Shown here piece after piece: positions 52,188 through 64,000 of a stretch of DNA of 64,000 bases. The notes beneath the pieces are model-generated. The model was not told where the DNA came from. It did not search any database and saw only the letters and a program-made list of their open reading frames with translations. The translations under genes were made by a program, and so were the position numbers. This DNA comes from Octopus bimaculoides. Taxonomy: Eukaryota. Every line of letters begins with the position of its first letter. Within the stretch, counting starts at the first letter, position 1. The stretch spans positions 28,523,611 to 28,587,610 of the forward strand of contig NC_069001.1 in assembly GCF_001194135.2 (NCBI RefSeq), given 5' to 3'.

Positions 52188-52260
52188 TTTTATTTTATAC
52201 TAAAAATATTTGATAGAATTCTACCCTTCTAAATATGGTAGATGTTGTTCAAGAGAGATT

Positions 52261-52299
52261 TGAATAATCTGATTGAATAATCTGATTGAATAATCTGAT
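52261..52299. repeat. 13-bp tandem repeat x3 (TGAATAATCTGAT)
   Basis: Three exact copies. Confidence 0.95.
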
Positions 52300-52395
52300 G
52301 TAACCCACCGACAGACGCGTGCACAAGCACACACTCCACTTAGGTTTAAATTTGTTTACAAGTAATGGGCAAATGACACTTTGAAAATCTTTCAG

Positions 52396-52440
52396 TATCC
52401 ATTCCCAGCGGAAAAGCAATCGATGAAACGTGCCTTCTAG
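52396..52440 (+). CDS. Candidate 45-nt symmetric (phase 1-1) coding exon, peptide xSIPSGKAIDETCLL; product unknown
   Basis: TCTTTCAG acceptor, TAG|GTGAGC donor, length divisible by 3, one frame fully open, GC content clearly above the flanks. No homology recognised. Confidence 0.3.
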   Translation, partial: YPFPAEKQSMKRAF

Positions 52441-52679
52441 GTGAGCTTGTTTTGAATGGTAATTTTATAAGATTAGTTTCAAGTTTACCTGATTTTTTAA
52501 TGTTAGAATAAGACATTAGGAAATGAAGAGTGAAATCATTCTCTTGTTCTTATTCTCATTGACCTCATATTGCTAAAATATATATTGACTTTTAACCAGA
52601 GAGTTGAATTGCGGTGAATAAATTTATTTTCCGTTTCTTGTCTTTCAAAAGAGCAAGGACTCTTTACCAGACCGCTAGA

Positions 52680-53287
52680 GCAAACCTTTTAAACCGCTGT
52701 TGGTCTTTGCTGATTGATAAATCTATAAACTCTCTGGACATTATGCCAAGCTTTCATTCGCAAAAACTGATTATGGAATGGAGAATTTTGGTGTGCCATC
52801 GTCTTTGATAGTGATACCGAAATTTTTTCACTGTGTACGTTATTTGCGTAAAGACAAGCACTTCTCTGATTAACACATTCTGTTGAATTAGAAATGTTTT
52901 ATCGACCCTGTAATGTGAAATAGTAAAGCCCACAAAGAGGAATTGCGATGAATAAATTAGGCTATTAGAAAAAAACAAAAAGGGTCCTTTGCAAGACTAA
53001 TAGTACAACCATTCTAAAAGCAGGATGGTCCATGTTGATACATAGATCTATAAATTCTATACATAAAATTGTAATCATGTACCAAGTCTTCATTCACAAA
53101 AACTGAATATTGTTGAATGGAGAATTTCGACGTTCCATCGTCTGTGATTATGGTACTGATATATTTTTTCATAGTGAATATCATTTGCTTAAAGACCAGC
53201 ACTTCTCTGAATAGCACAGTCTGTTGTATTAAAAATCAATTCATTACTGGTACTCGTTTTATCGATCCTGGAATGTGAAATAGTAAA
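52680..53287. repeat. Old direct duplication (about 52680-52927 and 53005-53287)
   Basis: Shared blocks in order: ATCTATAAA, TTCATTC.CAAAAACTGA, GAATGGAGAATTT, CCATCGTCT, AAAGAC.AGCACTTCTCTGA, TTTTATCGA.CCTG.AATGTGAAATAGTAAA. Confidence 0.8.
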
Positions 53288-54511
53288 AGTGTAGCTTAGC
53301 ATTTGAACTCATTGGAGCGAAGTTAAATATTACAATACTGTCCACAACTATGTTGATTGGTTGCGTTGGTTTTCAATTTCCTCTGAACATTTTAAAACGT
53401 ACAAAGAAGAAAAGGAAAATATTCGATGAAAAAGATAATAGAATCGAGGTAGAAACCTCATTAGCAGTGAAGTAGAAATACTGCACTGTGTTCCACTGAT
53501 AGAATATCTTCAGGCAAACAAAAGTTTCTAATATCGTTAGCTAGCAAGTTGTTATAGCATTACGAAACGCTATATATTTATGAGACAATTAAAGCACGTT
53601 TGCTTTGTGTTACTCGGATTGAGACGCATGAAATTTTAATGACGATATTATTGACCGATTTAATTATTAAAGGCAGCTAATTCTAAGATGGGAATTTCTG
53701 CAGAATGTGCGTTCCACACTATTAATCTGCGTGTTTTAGTAATATCCACAGAATGTCGAAAGAGCACAATATATTTTGTAAATTTCGAGTCGGCTGAGTA
53801 GAAAATTATGTATTCGAGGAAATATTAACCAAAGTCGTTTGTCTCATCTTTGTTTGAAAAGTGGGAGAAAAAAAAACTAAACAAAATAACAACAAAGAAT
53901 TACATTCTAAAATATTTAGTAAATTATTGATTTTTCTTTTTCGACTTTAAATAAATTAACGAATGCAATCGCCAACTCTTTCTCCACTTTATCTAATACT
54001 ACATGCAGCTTCTGTGTTCATGTAACTAGTTCTAGTAAAGCTAAAATTAAATACAAGTCAAATATGGAAATGAGGGGTGGGGGGTGGATATAATATCTTA
54101 TAATGAACCCATCGTGTATCAACATTGCGTGTTGATATTCGTTCACCGATTCAATTTCTCTTCATCTTTTCATACATGTTAATACATAATATACTACACA
54201 ATATACGAGCATCGCTAGAAACCAATCATCGCCGTCGTCATCATCATCGTTATCTTCATCATCGTCGACTTATGAGCCAACTAGTGACTTGATAGGTTGT
54301 CGCTCGACACGCAACTCATAACAACGAAATTGCCCTCAAATAACAAACTGCTCTCCAAGAGCAGATCGCTCTTTAAGAGAAGATTGCACTTTAAGAGAAC
54401 GACTGATTAGTAAACATAAATATACAAACCCCTAAACCGACGAAATAATCTTCAGCGAAAGACATTTGATCGTAGGTTCACCAAGTTGAGCTGCCTGGTG
54501 ATGAAGAATAC

Positions 54512-54656
54512 GTAACTGGTACTTAATTTATCGACCCCGAAAGGATGAAAGGGAAAGTCGACCCCGGCCGAATTTGAACTCAGAACGTAAAGACAGATGA
54601 AATACCGCTAAGCATTTCACCCAGCGTGCTAACGTTTCTGCCATTTCGCCGCCTTA
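54512..54656 (-). mobile_element. SINE family A, young-looking 5' two-thirds (tail missing)
   Basis: ACTGGTACTTAATTTATCGACCCCGAAAGGATGAAAGGGAAAGTCGACC..GAATTTGAACTCAGAACG..TTTCGCCGCCTT; head abuts an (AAT/AAC)n tract. Confidence 0.85.
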
Positions 54657-57379
54657 ACAACAATAATAGTAATAATAATGACTAAGGTAATGTTCCACAC
54701 TGTCGGCTCTTCGGGTGCCGGGGGACAGTCGAGGTAACTAAGAAGCTAAACAGCTTTTTGGAAAAAGCAAAGAGAATGTTAGTGGTAGAACTGACATACC
54801 CAAATGAATCGATAGTGAACGTAAAAATATGGAAGGCCATTTATGCACACATGTACGTGTGTGTATGTTTTGCGTAGTGGTGTAAAGCTATACGTCACAT
54901 TGCATCGATTCAAAGAAAGGACATAATTCAACGTTTCTATACATGCAAGTCGTTAATATATGTACTGAAATGCGTACTAATACTGATACGATCAAGTCAG
55001 GAAAAAAAAACCCTATATTGGTTTATATGGCTGCCGTAAAATGATGCAAGCCAATGAATGAATACGATATCAATTATTGTATATCTCTCTATCTGTCACT
55101 TGTACGAGAGGTGGTTATCCTTGTAAAGTTGTTGAAATCTATTATCGGGAATGTGTTTTAGAGAAAATGCAAGATATTTTTTTTTACACTGCAAATACGT
55201 CATAGATAGTTCACACATGATTCTCACTCATAGAATTCAATTCTCTTCATAGGTTTGAATACATTTAACGAAGTACAGAGAAGTTATACTTCAAGAAAGT
55301 TTAATATTAGGTGTATGTGTGTGTGTTTACATTACATAATATTGGAAACATGTATGCATGTTTGGAATATTTTATAAATATTTCTATTATCATACGTGTA
55401 TATAAGGTACGCGCACTAAGAAAAGTGTGCGCTCACACACACACACACATACATATAAATACACACATGCAGACAAATTTATATATAAATTAATGAACAG
55501 ATAGACCTCCATATTTATCTATCTGTCTGTCTCTCTATCTATATATGTATGTGTTTGTGTGTGTATATATATATATATATATATACAGAGAGAGGGAGGG
55601 AGGAAGGAAATAGAGACAGACAGCCGCGTGTACACACATACATATCTATATCTATATATTCTTTATTTGTGTGTATATATTTTAGTTTAGTTTTGTCTAG
55701 AATCCTTCTCTATGTTCTATGACTGTAAACACCTTTCAAAAATTGAAATATCAAAACAGAAGATTGCCTGAAATGCTAGAGAAACGAACGAGGTAACTTG
55801 TAATACATTTAAACACAATTTTCTTGCTTACGTCCAGGCCTGCCAAACCGTTTCGGCCTTTGAGAAACAAACTGTTTTCGCATTGGTAACACTGTTGGCA
55901 TTAACACCGGACACTTAACATTTTTTTTTGTGATAACACAGAAAAATTACAAACAAATCGATAACCTTTCAGTGTGAATATGTATAATAACAGGAGTATA
56001 ACAGATTAGACAAAAATCCATTAATACAGTCTACGGATTTTTCAAAATTGTTCAAGTTTTTAAAACGTTCCTTACTCAAAATCAATGCATTTGTCATTTA
56101 TTTAGTTTCTGGGAATTTTTTGTTTTGTTTTAATTTATAAGATAAATATTTTGTAGAATGGATCCCTTTAGTTTCAATATAGTTTGACCATATTGTCACT
56201 AGATCCATTGTATTATGCCATAAGAATAGTAGTGAGATAAAAGAAGAACCAAACAAAAACCACTTACAGCAGATTTTAATATGTGGTAAAAGAGCACTTT
56301 GCCGGAGTTGATCTGAAGAGGCATAGAAAGTTTTACATATTTGTTGTTACAGTCTCTATTTGTTGAATTTCAGTTCCCGAGGAATCTCAACAGTTTAATG
56401 AGCAGCAGAAAAACGGCTGTTGTGCATAAGAAGAACGTGTTTGGAAATTATTCCTCATTGTATAACTGAGATTCCCTGTCATAACTTCCCAAGTCTTATC
56501 TCGCTATAATGAGCAGTTTTAGTTTTAAATGATTCTGCCAGCTATATCTGCAATCACAGTCCCACACATCTACCATACTGTCAATGTTACATTTCCTGCT
56601 GCTTTTCGATACTTGCATCCAGTAATTAACAGAGATGATCGCAGACATTGTACCGTCACACACACAAACTATGTTTCGTTACCGTTTCATGTTCTTTTGC
56701 AGTGGATTCGGTCTTTCGTCACCGTTCATGATTTGTAAAGTAGATAAAAGCTCGTAAACATCAAGAGGGCGACCAAACCTATGACAAATTTCTATATATT
56801 TTGTGTTCAATTCGGGTAATTGTTTGGAGCCCAGAATGCATAAAGCTTTATAAGACCAAGCTCGATGTCCATGATTTCGTAGGCGGAACTTTGTATCATT
56901 TGCATACCACTTGATATTTCAACAATAGTAACCAATTTTTTCATCAGAATTATGCTATAAATTCATTGATTGTTGAGATCATCAAAGGATATCCTCTGCC
57001 AAATGTCATTTCTTTGATGTTTGACACTTGTGTGCAATATTTTAATGTTTCTGACTAAAGCAAATATTCTGGCGAAGTAAAGTTTTATGCCCATGCAGAG
57101 TTGATAGATGTTCGGGAGATTTTCGTTACTGATATTGCATTCAGCTCACAGAAATCGGATCAATAAAAGATGAATTTCATTGACGCAAACAGGATGTGGA
57201 GCAACAATGCTAAATGCAATAATGCAAATATATTAGTTAACGTTTTAGTGTCCAATAAAAAACACACTAACTAGTAGAAAACCAAGCCTAACGTGATGTG
57301 TGGAATTAATAAACAACCCATTAGGATAATATTTATAGTGCATTACAGATAAATTATGAGGCATATATATATATATATA

Positions 57380-57643
57380 AGCGTTAATTAATAGTTGAAC
57401 CAAATTACATACGAAAAGTTTAATATTTCCTTGGGGCTGGCCGGATTGGAGCAATCGCGAGTATAATCAGCCGAAATTGCAAAGATAATCTCTGGAACTC
57501 CGCTGAGGAAAGAGAACTCCGAATGACCCATCCTTGTTTTCTTTGTATCGTCAATCTGGATGTATTGTTGTCCCTTTTTTATATCACCTAACTGTCTGGA
57601 TATTTTGCGTCCTTGTCCCATTTTGTATTTTCATATATGTATA
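57380..57643 (+). mobile_element. Probable PLE-type 3' terminus between (TA)n tracts
   Basis: Starts after (TA)n 57363-57379; contains hammerhead core CTGAGGA (57503-57509) and a pyrimidine-rich tail ending CATATATGTATA then a gap. Family identity is inference. Confidence 0.4.
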
Positions 57644-57999
57644 NNNNNNNNNNNNNNNNNNNNNNNNNNNNNNNNNNNNNNNNNNNNNNNNNNNNNNNNN
57701 NNNNNNNNNNNNNNNNNNNNNNNNNNNNNNNNNNNNNNNNNNNNNNNNNNNNNNNNNNNNNNNNNNNNNNNNNNNNNNNNNNNNNNNNNNNNNNNNNNNN
57801 NNNNNNNNNNNNNNNNNNNNNNNNNATATACAGCTCGTCACGAACGATGCAAATTACATGAAATACATAAAGAACGAGAAAAAATAGAAAATATGACGAG
57901 TAAAAACAGAGAAAGGACCTTTATCAGTAGTCGGCTGTCTATTTACTCCTCATTTCGAGCATTCAACGACAATATGAGTCTTCAAAGACAGTTGGTCTC

Positions 58000-58188
58000 A
58001 TAAATTCTAGAATAAAATTTACGATTTATGGAGGGTCAAAGCCGGGAACAAAAACATTACAGTGGAGACATACACGTAAACCGACCCTACATAATTATTT
58101 AATTCGGTTTTCTTGTATGTCTCCACTGTGATTTTTGGGTTCCCAACGTTGACCCTCCATAAATCCTACATTTTATTTTAGATTTTAT
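58000..58188. repeat. Fold-back inverted repeat: 85-bp arms (58000-58084 / 58104-58188), 19-nt spacer
   Basis: Hand alignment 72/85 identical with no gaps; MITE-like. Confidence 0.9.
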
Positions 58189-58360
58189 GGGAGCAAATTG
58201 GATATTAAAAGTTATCCGCAATATTGCTAAATACATACATGCATAACTACATACACACCTGCGTGTATATATATATATATATATATACGGAGATAGACAT
58301 ACATATATGTGTGTGCGTGTGTGTATTATTGGTGTTCATGTATGCAAATTTAGACTATGC

Positions 58361-58411
<51 letters not shown>

Positions 58412-59069
58412 TTCATGTGGTTGGGTGTGTCTACATACGCGCACAACAACATATATGTATGTTTATTCATTCTTACACTCGTGTGTGAGTGCATGTGCGA
58501 TGTATTTGTGTTTATGTGATACAATTTTTATAGGAGACCGATGACCGCTGTTCGAAATAAATCAGCAGAATTTTTATACGTTTTGTCTTGACAAGTTGGG
58601 GAGAGACATTTATTGAGTTTCAGAAAGGTTAGATATTCTATTATAAAATAACTCCTAGGCAATTTTTAGAACATTTTTTTCTTACGTTAATATAAGACAT
58701 TGGAAAATGAGTTGTAGATAGCAAGCGGTAAAAAAAAAATAGATGAATAATGGCCTAATGGCTAAAGTTTTACCATAATGTAGTATGTTAATCCATTAAC
58801 ATTTGTCACAAAATTATCAGTAGGACATTTTATTAATGTAGCTTGCATTTTCACAGACTCAGAAGAAATTCGTTTCACAATAAAGAGCAAGCAAATGTTG
58901 GAACCCTTAAATGTTGTCGCATTATACCGGAAACATCATGCAAATATCCCAGAAATTTCTAACGCCCATGCTAAATAAAGAATATCATATCGTACATCGG
59001 GATCCCGGATCTATAACAAAAGATATTTGATTAATGATTTGAAAGTACTATAATTATATTAAATATGTG

Positions 59070-59115
<46 letters not shown>

Positions 59116-59620
59116 TGCTCACGCGTAAACGTATATGCATGTACTTACGTACGGACGGATGAATATAAATGCGTATTCTTGCACTTGTATACACATGCAT
59201 TAAGCACCCATTCACAGACATATTACATTTAATATGTAAGCAGCAGAATGAAGAAATTCTATAAACCGAAACGATCGCATTAGTGTGAAACTGGACGGAT
59301 GTAATTATGGGATTTTAACGGGAATTATATGGGTTTACAATGAAAAAATAATTAATCATATTTAATATTCGAGGGAAAATTATTAGGTTTCATTTGCATG
59401 CCATTACAGCAAGTTTGAAAAGTCTATAAAAAGAATGAACATTATAATTGTTATCGCTATGCAAACGAAATATAGAGTATATATTTGATATGCATAACAG
59501 AATATATGTAGTAGTTTTAATCGTGTAAGAAGGAAATGTACGGAAGTACGCAATGCATGATGAATGTAAAATATAAATATGTATTTCAGGTAAGATTTTA
59601 TAAAGCACACCGAACGAGAG

Positions 59621-59654
<34 letters not shown>

Positions 59655-60903
59655 GAACATATATAAATGGGTATATGAAATATATACGCACATATATATA
59701 TAGATATATATATTCATATATATGTATATATATATATGTACGTGTATATATACATATGTAGATACATTATGAATATATATTCATGTAAATAAAATCATAT
59801 AGGGTAGCAAACTTTTAAAAATTTCACTACAAGTGGCCCAGCATGTATAAAAAGCCAATGGACAACATATTTTCCATATGTAATGGTATATACGTATACA
59901 TATGTATGCATAAGTCGTTTTGTAGATTTGTGTGTGCAGACTTAGGGAAGTAAACCTCGTGAATAGAAAATTATACAAATTTGATACGAAACGGGAGTAA
60001 ATGAAATTTATATAACAATGCAGATGCATTTACATACATGCATACATACATACATGAATAAACAGATGTGTTTTGTGTGTTTGTGTGTGCGTGTGATATA
60101 GTAGTGATATCCCAAATGATCTTTGTACATACAGTTGGTTAGCCTCAATCATGGATGCGTCCTCTTTAGCGAGCACAATATAAATGATACTTGGTTTATC
60201 AAGTATGCAATACACTCCTCCTATAACGAATTAGAAATTGCGGTGAGATGGCCGATACAGTTTGCAGTTTAGAACAAAATAAGTTACTAATTATGCGATG
60301 TAAAGCAGTGGATAAAGGGAATGTAGAACGTATTTTGGTGCTACGTAGGTTTGAAATGAGACATCAAACGGGAGTTATGTTAATGTCAAGTATTATAAAG
60401 ACGTACGATCTTCCTTCATCTTGGATACTTTGTTAAGTGTTGTTAACACTTTCGTGGTCGAAAACAATTCTGTACTAAAATTAAAGGAAAATTCTATATT
60501 TTCAACAGTGCAAATGGAGAGTGAATACATAGTTAGGTCAAGGTATCAATTATTTATTTTTCTTAATAAGCTAAGTAGAGAGCTATGTGGATTAGTGAAG
60601 TTCCAATCTTAACGTAAAGGGTGTAATTTTTGCAGGAGTAGTTACAGTTTGCCAAATTTTGATCAGCACACATTTACAGCAGAAGACACATAACCAACAT
60701 GCTGTGCTGTTCACTCAATTCGAAACAACGTAATATCGATACATATTTCGTAATCACACGGCCATATATTTACAACTTCTCCACTTGTTGTCATATATAT
60801 ATANNNNNNNNNNNNNNNNNNNNNNNNNNNNNNNNNNNNNNNNNNNNNNNNNNNNNNNNNNNNNNNNNNNNNNNNNNNNNNNNNNNNNNNNNNNNNNNNN
60901 NNN

Positions 60904-60944
<41 letters not shown>

Positions 60945-61359
60945 CTTATTTGATACTGACACATTATTGCATAGGCGCCATTACGATTACCGCAAAAGTG
61001 TTTGCAGCATTAGCAGTAGCAGCAGTAACAGTCATTGCTATTATTGCCTTGATAGACATTGTTCTTTGAGTCACATTTATATTGTTCCATGTCGTGCAAG
61101 TATCATTTTCGTTTCCTTTTCTATTGACTAGTTGTAAGGCAGGTGGATTTTATCTTCACTTATTGTCTTCACTTATATTCCACGTATTCACAAAATCAAC
61201 CGTATTACTACTACTACATATAGCTGAAAGCAAGCTACATATTCATTGGTCGATCTTGTGTTTCTAGCCTTCAGTTGAAATGACTGTTTCGTTCCAAAAT
61301 TCGAAGTCTAGCCTGATAAATATATACATATATATAGCTTCATTTTTCAATTAATACAA

Positions 61360-61411
61360 ATGATTTATATATATATATATATGTTTGTGTGTGTATGTAT
61401 ATCGATGTGTA

Positions 61412-61491
<80 letters not shown>

Positions 61492-61523
61492 CATATACAT
61501 ACGTACATATATATATATATATT

Positions 61524-61581
<58 letters not shown>
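61360..61581. repeat. (TA)n/(TG)n compound microsatellite
   Basis: Directly visible; representative of dozens of similar tracts across the window. Confidence 0.95.
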
Positions 61582-61584
<3 letters not shown>

Positions 61585-62562
61585 ACTGATATGTTAAACA
61601 CACTTGCAAATATGGATTACGGTCACAAGTCCAGACCACTGTGGTTCTGATACTGAGTTAATTAGTACTTAAAATTGATTGGATTATCATGTACTCAGCC
61701 GAACATTCTAGAGGCACTTTTCGAAAGCTATACTGAAACCTATTAAAATAATATCCGGGAAAACAGAACAAACTTGATTAGCTTAATGACAGGTATAGTC
61801 CGCCAATCAATTTTCACGAAGAATGAGTTTACTAATGTACGTAAAGATTATCTCTTTCCAAGCATGCCTCATAATGAATCGAAACCGAAACATCATGATT
61901 GCGAAGCAAACTTCTTTAGCATTTCACCATAATTTCTCTATATCCATACACTGGTGCTTTTGGTTTCTTAACACAACTGAGAGCACAAAAGTTTACTAGT
62001 AAAAATGTATGTTTAAAATCAAAGTAAATAGGTTTCAGTTTTCGAAATAGCTATCCACAGCATTCTCCATCTCGCTAACTTTGGAAGAGCTATTCACATC
62101 TGCAGAGAAACTAACTTCTATTAATCGACTGGACATTTCTTTACTTCCCCAAAATAACTAGTTGAGGACTTTTATGTCTTCAGTTAATAGAAATTTTGAC
62201 TGGAATGTTCAGGCAATATTCCATGATGTGATACATATGTATTTCATAGCAGAGCGTCTATCTATATGTGTCGCAGTTAGTCTTTTCAGCATGTGGCATT
62301 TTATATTATATTAGCGACATTATGTGACAGTGGGATGTACAATCTTGACATTTCTAGACAGCGTCTAATTATATTTTTTGTCCTCCAAAGACAAGTGACA
62401 TTAATGACACTTTCAATTGCATATTACAAATTTCAGAGATTCCATGCCTCGTTTGCTCATGTGATATTTTGTAGATATCATTACACGTGCGCTGCAAAGC
62501 ATAACATTCAAGATGTAACGTGACGTAGTGTTTTCCTGTCCAGGAGAAGATATATTTAATGT

Positions 62563-62785
62563 TAATATTCTTTTCTACTCTAGGCATAAGGCCCGGAATT
62601 TTGGGGGAGGGGAGACAGTCGATTAGATCAACTCCAGCACACCACTGGTACTTAATTTATCGATCCCGAAAGGATAAACGGCAAAGTCAACCACGGTGGA
62701 ATTTAAACTCTGAACATAAAGACAGACGAAATACTGTTAAGCATATGACCCGACGTGCTAACCTTTCTGCCAGCTCACCGCCTTA
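62563..62785 (-). mobile_element. SINE family A, full-length
   Basis: Reverse complement aligns to 3977-4194, including the TAGAGTAGAAAAGAATATT tail. Confidence 0.85.
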
Positions 62786-63723
62786 TGTTTAACGTTAATA
62801 CTGTCATCCTTCTCTAGCTTACGGGAAATATATCCGTGCTTAAAATGCTGTCTATGATATAGATTACATTTTTAGACTTGTTGTATATTCCAAATGTTGT
62901 TATTAGTACGTGCATGTGTATGCAAATGCAGTGTAGTATATTGTCTTATAAGAAGAAATATCGGTTAGCTGTTTCTTGTGTGTTTGGTGCATTAGTTTTG
63001 GGTTGTATTTGGATCTCCTGAAGAATAAATTTGTTCGATACATTTTCATCAATATTTAGGCATTTGTAGTAGGCATATTGCAGAACAGAAGAGGTTGAAA
63101 GGACATGTTGCTGAGATAAGGGGATTTAAGGAACAGTATTTTCACTTTCACGAATGTCTATGTAATTAACCAAGTATGATTTTCTAGGTCTGAAATGAAT
63201 GTTTTGGACATAGATGCTCAGGTCGTCTAAGACAAAATGTGGATAATATATCTAGATGAGGCGGCACTTAATATAAAACCAGTTTATTTCAGTACTTTAG
63301 CATGCACGAACGCATGTAAGTAAATATGTATGTATGCATGTATGAGATTGGTAGTATCCCAACATAGACACAGCCTTTGGGCTGAAACATAATAGAAAGA
63401 AAAGAAATACACACATACACACACTTTTATCTGTCTATCTATTTATCTATCTAAACAAAATAATTGAGATTTAAATTATTTAGGTACTTAAGTTGCGGTA
63501 TTATCCGTACAATTTCAAAATAAGGTGAATAAAATCAAAATAAGCAACAGAATATCCAGAGGATAGCTCTCCATTTAAACTGATGTAATGACTGTATTGT
63601 TCAATTAATTGGAGCCGCTTGAAACGGTCGTACAGCATCACCTCCAGATGTACTGTTGCTTATTCTGATATCTGTCTCTCTCTCTCTTTGTGTCTGTCTG
63701 TCGGTCTCTATCTCTATCTCTTC

Positions 63724-63787
<64 letters not shown>

Positions 63788-64000
63788 GTCCTGACGTTTC
63801 ATCGTAATGATCATATCAAGTGCATATTTACAAGAATGCATTTAAAAGGACCTTCTGATTCATGTGTTCATATGAAATGTTTCATGTGACATATCGAGAC
63901 TGTTAACGTAGAAGTCACGCATACACAACTGTGCATATGTGTGATGTGTGTGTGATGTGTATTTGTGTGTGTTGTGGGATTGAAACAATTTGATCTATTT

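Noticed and set aside
56679-56918. 79-codon stop-to-stop minus frame (NIKWYANDTKFRLR...)
   Set aside because: No start, splice context or recognisable homology; worth only a routine BLAST.
60248-60612. Two overlapping plus ORFs suggesting a frameshifted gene
   Set aside because: No recognisable motif; AT-rich; not distinguishable from chance.

Overview
AT-rich eukaryotic non-coding DNA from a gappy draft assembly (16 N-gaps, roughly 3.4 kb, most abutting microsatellites or homopolymer runs). The SINE repertoire and extreme (TA)n/(CA)n/(TG)n load strongly suggest an octopod cephalopod (Octopus sp.); this is inference from repeat recognition, not a database result. No complete host gene, rRNA, real tRNA or CRISPR array is supported. 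Most ORFs in the supplied track are microsatellite or N-gap artefacts. Supported content: about 20 tRNA-headed SINE copies in several families (labelled A-E for this report only), two restriction-like-endonuclease (RLE) LINE 3' fragments, a decayed Ty3/Gypsy gag, several Penelope-like (PLE) 3' termini with hammerhead-ribozyme-like motifs running into (TA)n tracts, MITE-like and fold-back inverted repeats, and tandem repeats. The most interesting speculative signal is a set of strong plus-strand splice motifs: a textbook 3'SS|5'SS ratchet-point-like site at 43430, a TACTAAC + long pyrimidine tract acceptor at 40188 with a possible 3-nt microexon, and several small exon candidates. These would fit a giant intron of a plus-strand gene with recursive splicing or microexons, but need RNA-seq to be believed.
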